A stretch of DNA of 20,000 nt from an uncultured virus (IMG/VR IMGVR_UViG_3300025459_000001) (Duplodnaviria; Heunggongvirae; Uroviricota; Caudoviricetes). Position 1 is the stretch's first letter. Every line of letters begins with the position of its first letter. The translations under genes were made by a program, and so were the position numbers. The notes under the pieces are model-generated. The model had not been told where the DNA came from. It searched no databases and saw nothing but the letters and a program-made list of their open reading frames with translations. The stretch lies in IMG/VR virus record IMGVR_UViG_3300025459_000001, one strand, 5' to 3'. Positions 16,490 to 20,000 of the stretch are shown here, piece after piece.

Positions 16490-16701
16490 GCATCGACATC
16501 ACTACGTTTGTGGACCCCACAGACCCCGATTTCGCAGAAATCCGAGGGATGGCTATCGCTGGTTTCTCCTTGGACGAAATGAGGGCAATGTGGAGGCTGA
16601 AACATAGCAAGAGAAAGGTAGTGTCCCAAAACGGGGCTGATCCCAAGACTTTTTCTCTTGACCAAACCAAACAAGAAAGGAATAGTCGTGAGAACGATTA
16701 A
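16486..16701 (+). CDS. hypothetical protein
   Basis: GGAG RBS, ATGA coupling. Confidence 0.6.
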   Translation: MSIDITTFVDPTDPDFAEIRGMAIAGFSLDEMRAMWRLKHSKRKVVSQNGADPKTFSLDQTKQERNSREND

Positions 16702-16954
16702 TACCACAACACTACACGAAGCTCAGGAACCGCGTCACGCCCCGTTCGAGCGGGGGCGCATGTATAGCATGCTGGATTTGCTAGGAGGGGGCACCGCTAC
16801 CTGCGATGACTGCCACCGCTGGCAGCGATTTTCATCGCTTGACCCCCGACGTTCGCTCGCACAAACAGGATGGACATTCGAAGGCGGTAAAGATCTTTGT
16901 CCTGTATGCTCACCCAAGCGTAACCAAACCGAAAGGGAGAAAGGAGCGCCTTAA
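16688..16954 (+). CDS. zinc-finger protein
   Basis: CDDC...GW...KDLCPVC; GTG at 16688 after AAAGGA. Confidence 0.7.
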   Translation: MRTINTTTLHEAQEPRHAPFERGRMYSMLDLLGGGTATCDDCHRWQRFSSLDPRRSLAQTGWTFEGGKDLCPVCSPKRNQTEREKGAP

Positions 16955-17182
16955 ATGCAACACAACATCGATTGCTCTCCAGCGGTTGCTGGAGAGGCAG
17001 CCGGATCTCGCCGGAGAGTTTCAGGCGATACGCCAAGGTTTAAAGACCGGAGAAGTAGCGCGGCAACACGAGATCCAACTCGGTTTGCTTGATGGGATAA
17101 TCGCGCAACTTCGCGGTACTTAGATGCGTCTTGCATTTTGGCACACTCCAATGCATTATTGAATTGCGCCAAGATTCTAGTG

Positions 17183-17208
17183 AGGCCCCGGTGCCAGCCG
17201 GGGCTTTT
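17183..17208 (+). terminator. intrinsic terminator
   Basis: GCCCCGG-N6-CCGGGGC followed by TTTT. Confidence 0.6.
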
Positions 17209-17251
17209 GCATTTATGCTATCTTAACCTCGGTTGTGAAGAAAGGGCCGAA

Positions 17252-17743
17252 ATGGAATTATCCCCATCAATGAGAGATTTGGTTGACCGCCTAGTGGAGC
17301 AGCAGCGGGCGTCCAATGCCGATTTGTCGCTTCAGAATCGGGTCATGCTGGAGCACGCAAGAATCGCCGAAGAGAACAACGATTTCCTGTGGCGTGCGAT
17401 CATTGCCGAGATGCGCGCTCTCATCACGAAGTACAACGGGACGTTTCGGAACCAATTCTACCTCACGCCCGAAGATCCAGAGGGCGAGAAGTCCGTTATG
17501 GTAAGCTGCTCGGTATTCCCGCTGGCGAGCCTCACCCTTTCCCGGCCATCCCCACATTTCTTCGAGTTCTCTATTGACCGAACTCAGGGGTCTTTTGCTC
17601 CCCGCAAGGGCACGAATGGTCGTATTGACGTTAAGCCGGACTCTAACCGCAACGTCCCCATGGTGGCCCAAGACGGGACCCCGCTCCCAACACCCCTCGA
17701 CGTAGCCGAATACCTGCTTGAGCCTCTTTTCCGTCCCCGCTAA
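17252..17743 (+). CDS. hypothetical protein, moron-like
   Basis: ATG at 17252 after GAAAGGG; lies between a terminator and the next promoter. Confidence 0.7.
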   Translation: MELSPSMRDLVDRLVEQQRASNADLSLQNRVMLEHARIAEENNDFLWRAIIAEMRALITKYNGTFRNQFYLTPEDPEGEKSVMVSCSVFPLASLTLSRPSPHFFEFSIDRTQGSFAPRKGTNGRIDVKPDSNRNVPMVAQDGTPLPTPLDVAEYLLEPLFRPR

Positions 17744-17797
17744 ACGATCAACGGCAGATTTAGGACACTACCACTCATGCGGTAGAAGAAAAAACTC

Positions 17798-17826
17798 TTG
17801 ACTTGAGTCAAGAGAAGAACTATACT
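17798..17826 (+). promoter_or_regulatory. sigma70 promoter of the RecT-like operon
   Basis: A-tract, TTGACT-N17-TATACT; inverted repeat CTCTTGACT-TG-AGTCAAGAG over the -35. Confidence 0.85.
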
Positions 17827-17840
17827 CACAAACGGAAGAA

Positions 17841-17854
17841 GTCCCACGTGGGAC
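17841..17854. promoter_or_regulatory. perfect parS-like palindrome GTCCCACGTGGGAC
   Basis: Between the -10 and the AAGGAG RBS, i.e. an operator position. Confidence 0.8.
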
Positions 17855-17872
17855 AAGAAGGAGAAAACACAA

Positions 17873-18067
17873 ATGAACTGGCCCAGTAAGCTGTTTGCGG
17901 TTCGCCGCCGATTCAAGGGGTTGGGACCGTCTCCCACGGTCGTGTTCTGCGAAGAAAGCGCCTTGCGGCGCGGTGATATCGCCGTCGAGTATACATTGAA
18001 CACCGATCCATTCTTGGTGGATTTAACGGTCGTCAGAAACGACATCCCGGAAGGAGAAGAGAAGTGA
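17873..18067 (+). CDS. small hypothetical protein
   Basis: AAGGAG RBS. Confidence 0.75.
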   Translation: MNWPSKLFAVRRRFKGLGPSPTVVFCEESALRRGDIAVEYTLNTDPFLVDLTVVRNDIPEGEEK

Positions 18068-19872
18068 ACGACGAACTGCAACCGGCCAAGGCCGTGCCCG
18101 AAACCATGAAAGCGGTGACCAAGTTTACCGCAGAACATGCCCGCGAAGTCGGATTGCCCAGCCCCGAAGCCGTGAACTACATGATGAGCATTGCGAACAT
18201 GCTGTTAAGCAGCGCCCTCATTACTCAGGACATGGCATTGCCAGATTCGGAGATTGGCAGACTCAGAGGCATGGGCTACACCCCAGAACAGATCACGGAA
18301 TTTCGCGACAAGTACGTCCGCTCGAACGCAATGGCGAAAATGCTAGTGGGCCACGAAATGAGCATTGACCCGATGGCCGCTCTCCAAGACATCGACATCG
18401 TGAAGGGCAAGATTTTCGTCCGCTACCCTCAACTGATCGACCAGATGATCCGCAAGGGCTTCACCGTCAAATGGGTAGAGCGGACCAACGAACGAGCCGC
18501 TATCGAGGTCGCTCGGCCCGGTATTGACGCGGAAACCTTCGAGTTTACCATTCAGGACGCCAAGCAGGCCGGTCTCACCGAAACCAAAGAAGGCAAAGAG
18601 GGTATGTACCAGAAGCGTCCACGAGTGATGCTCTCTGCCCGTGCTGCGTCGGAAGCCTACCGAATGACTGGTGGACGTGGGAACGTCTACACTCCAGAGG
18701 AAAAGGATGAGATATTCAACTCCACGACAGCCGAACCTTCCGAATCGGACAAAAAACGGGCGGAAGTAATTGCGGCCCGCGACGATATGAAGGTGGCGCT
18801 CAAACCCAAGCCCGAACCGTCGCCGGTTGTGGAAATTACCAAAGATCCTCAACCTGCTCAAACCGAGCCGATTACTGCCCAATACGCGATTCACAGGGTT
18901 TTCCACACCGGGGGTGGCGGCGAACGGGTGATCCCGACCGACGAAATTCGGCCGAAACGCGAGGAGGATGCCAACCTTAGAGCACAAGCCCTTGCGAATG
19001 AGACCAATAGCCCATACGAAGTGGTTGAGGTCAGCGCATCGGGCGAAGTTCAAACCAAACAAAGATTCAACCCGCCAACTAGGATGCCCGAGAAACCGCA
19101 GGAGAAGCCGCAGGTTGAGCCGGAGCACTCCAAGCCAGTCATAGAGCCCTCCGAAGCATCGGACGCCAAGAAGGCCCTCATGGCCCGTCTAAATGCCCTT
19201 GCAAAAACCCTGGCGCTTCCCATCAAGACGGCGGGTTCCCGATTCAACGCTTTTTTCGCGGGATGGTTCGGTTGCGGGCTGAAAGAGCTTCCCAAGGACC
19301 CGGCTGAGTATCAGGTGGCTGTGGAAGAACTCGAAAGCTGTATCAATGCCGACGTAAACGAGTTCAACTCGGGACCGGAAGAGGCCGGGAAGAGGCGCGC
19401 ACGGTGGGCCAAGGAAGTGCGCAATTTCCTTGACGGTCAATGGCCCAAGAACCCCGAAACCGTGGCTTTGGGATGCACCCTTTGCCGACGCTGGAGATTA
19501 ACCCCTCCCCAGTTCAAGACTTGGTTTGAATCGGGGGTCATCGCTCTCGACTTCACTCCCCAAGAGGACGGCCACGCTTACATTCGGCTGATGCTGGCTA
19601 CTCCCAATCTGCGGTCTGGAGCCGATCTGTTGGATTGGTACAACAAAAATAAACTCGAATCTGGGGTCTTGGCGGCAGCAGTGCAGCAGATCGAGCAACG
19701 GGCCTTGAAGTGTTCTTTGGAACAAGCCAAGGAACAAGACATCGACAAAGCAGTGAAGGCTTGGTTATTGGCGGCGGGTGAACAGACTCCCAAGACCGCG
19801 CCGCCGCCCAAACAGGAGCCCCCAGCATCCACTGAGGACGATGGGGGCGGAATCTTTGACGAACTGTTATAA
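18064..19872 (+). CDS. RecT/Redbeta-like single-strand annealing protein with long C-terminal extension
   Basis: GHEMSIDPMAALQDIDIVKGK, FTIQDAKQAGL, YQKRPRVMLSARAASEAYR; acidic tail EDDGGGIFDELL. Confidence 0.75.
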   Translation: MNDELQPAKAVPETMKAVTKFTAEHAREVGLPSPEAVNYMMSIANMLLSSALITQDMALPDSEIGRLRGMGYTPEQITEFRDKYVRSNAMAKMLVGHEMSIDPMAALQDIDIVKGKIFVRYPQLIDQMIRKGFTVKWVERTNERAAIEVARPGIDAETFEFTIQDAKQAGLTETKEGKEGMYQKRPRVMLSARAASEAYRMTGGRGNVYTPEEKDEIFNSTTAEPSESDKKRAEVIAARDDMKVALKPKPEPSPVVEITKDPQPAQTEPITAQYAIHRVFHTGGGGERVIPTDEIRPKREEDANLRAQALANETNSPYEVVEVSASGEVQTKQRFNPPTRMPEKPQEKPQVEPEHSKPVIEPSEASDAKKALMARLNALAKTLALPIKTAGSRFNAFFAGWFGCGLKELPKDPAEYQVAVEELESCINADVNEFNSGPEEAGKRRARWAKEVRNFLDGQWPKNPETVALGCTLCRRWRLTPPQFKTWFESGVIALDFTPQEDGHAYIRLMLATPNLRSGADLLDWYNKNKLESGVLAAAVQQIEQRALKCSLEQAKEQDIDKAVKAWLLAAGEQTPKTAPPPKQEPPASTEDDGGGIFDELL

Positions 19873-20000
19873 CTCGTAAGCAACCGCGCGGCTGAAGCCG
19901 GCGGCTTTGTAACTAAGCCATGCTAAACAGCAGCACAACTCGCTACGTTCGGCCCGCTTACAGTGGCCCTGCCAGCTATTACCCTGGCAGCGTTGGTATC

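Noticed and set aside
18343..19128. 261-aa antisense ORF
   Set aside because: Shadow of the RecT-like gene; no RBS or recognisable motifs.
19920..20000. Possible start of a further CDS
   Set aside because: No clear RBS and too little sequence to support it.

Overview
Phage/prophage-like window with no structural genes, made of two divergent arms around a non-coding hub at ~9200-9765. The left arm (minus strand) carries tightly coupled small hypothetical genes, a solo ParB-family CTPase/HTH gene, a catalytically intact solo TnpB, and a 5'-truncated two-frame C5-methyltransferase. It also holds two related host-like segments inserted in inverted orientation. The right arm (plus strand) carries early-type small genes, repeat proteins and a RecT-like annealing protein with a long C-terminal extension. 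The strongest unexplained signal is a dispersed 14-16 bp palindrome, GTMCMACGTKGKAC (perfect form AGTCCCACGTGGGACT), in at least 7 good copies. It is a variant of canonical parS and lies just downstream of the promoters of the ParB-like gene and the RecT operon. A second motif (TCTTGACT/AGTCAAGA) is repeated over promoter -35 boxes, which suggests a KorAB-like phage regulon. The hub has a symmetric array of GAAATAAG boxes around a GC-rich core. Family assignments are from motif recognition only; no searches were run.
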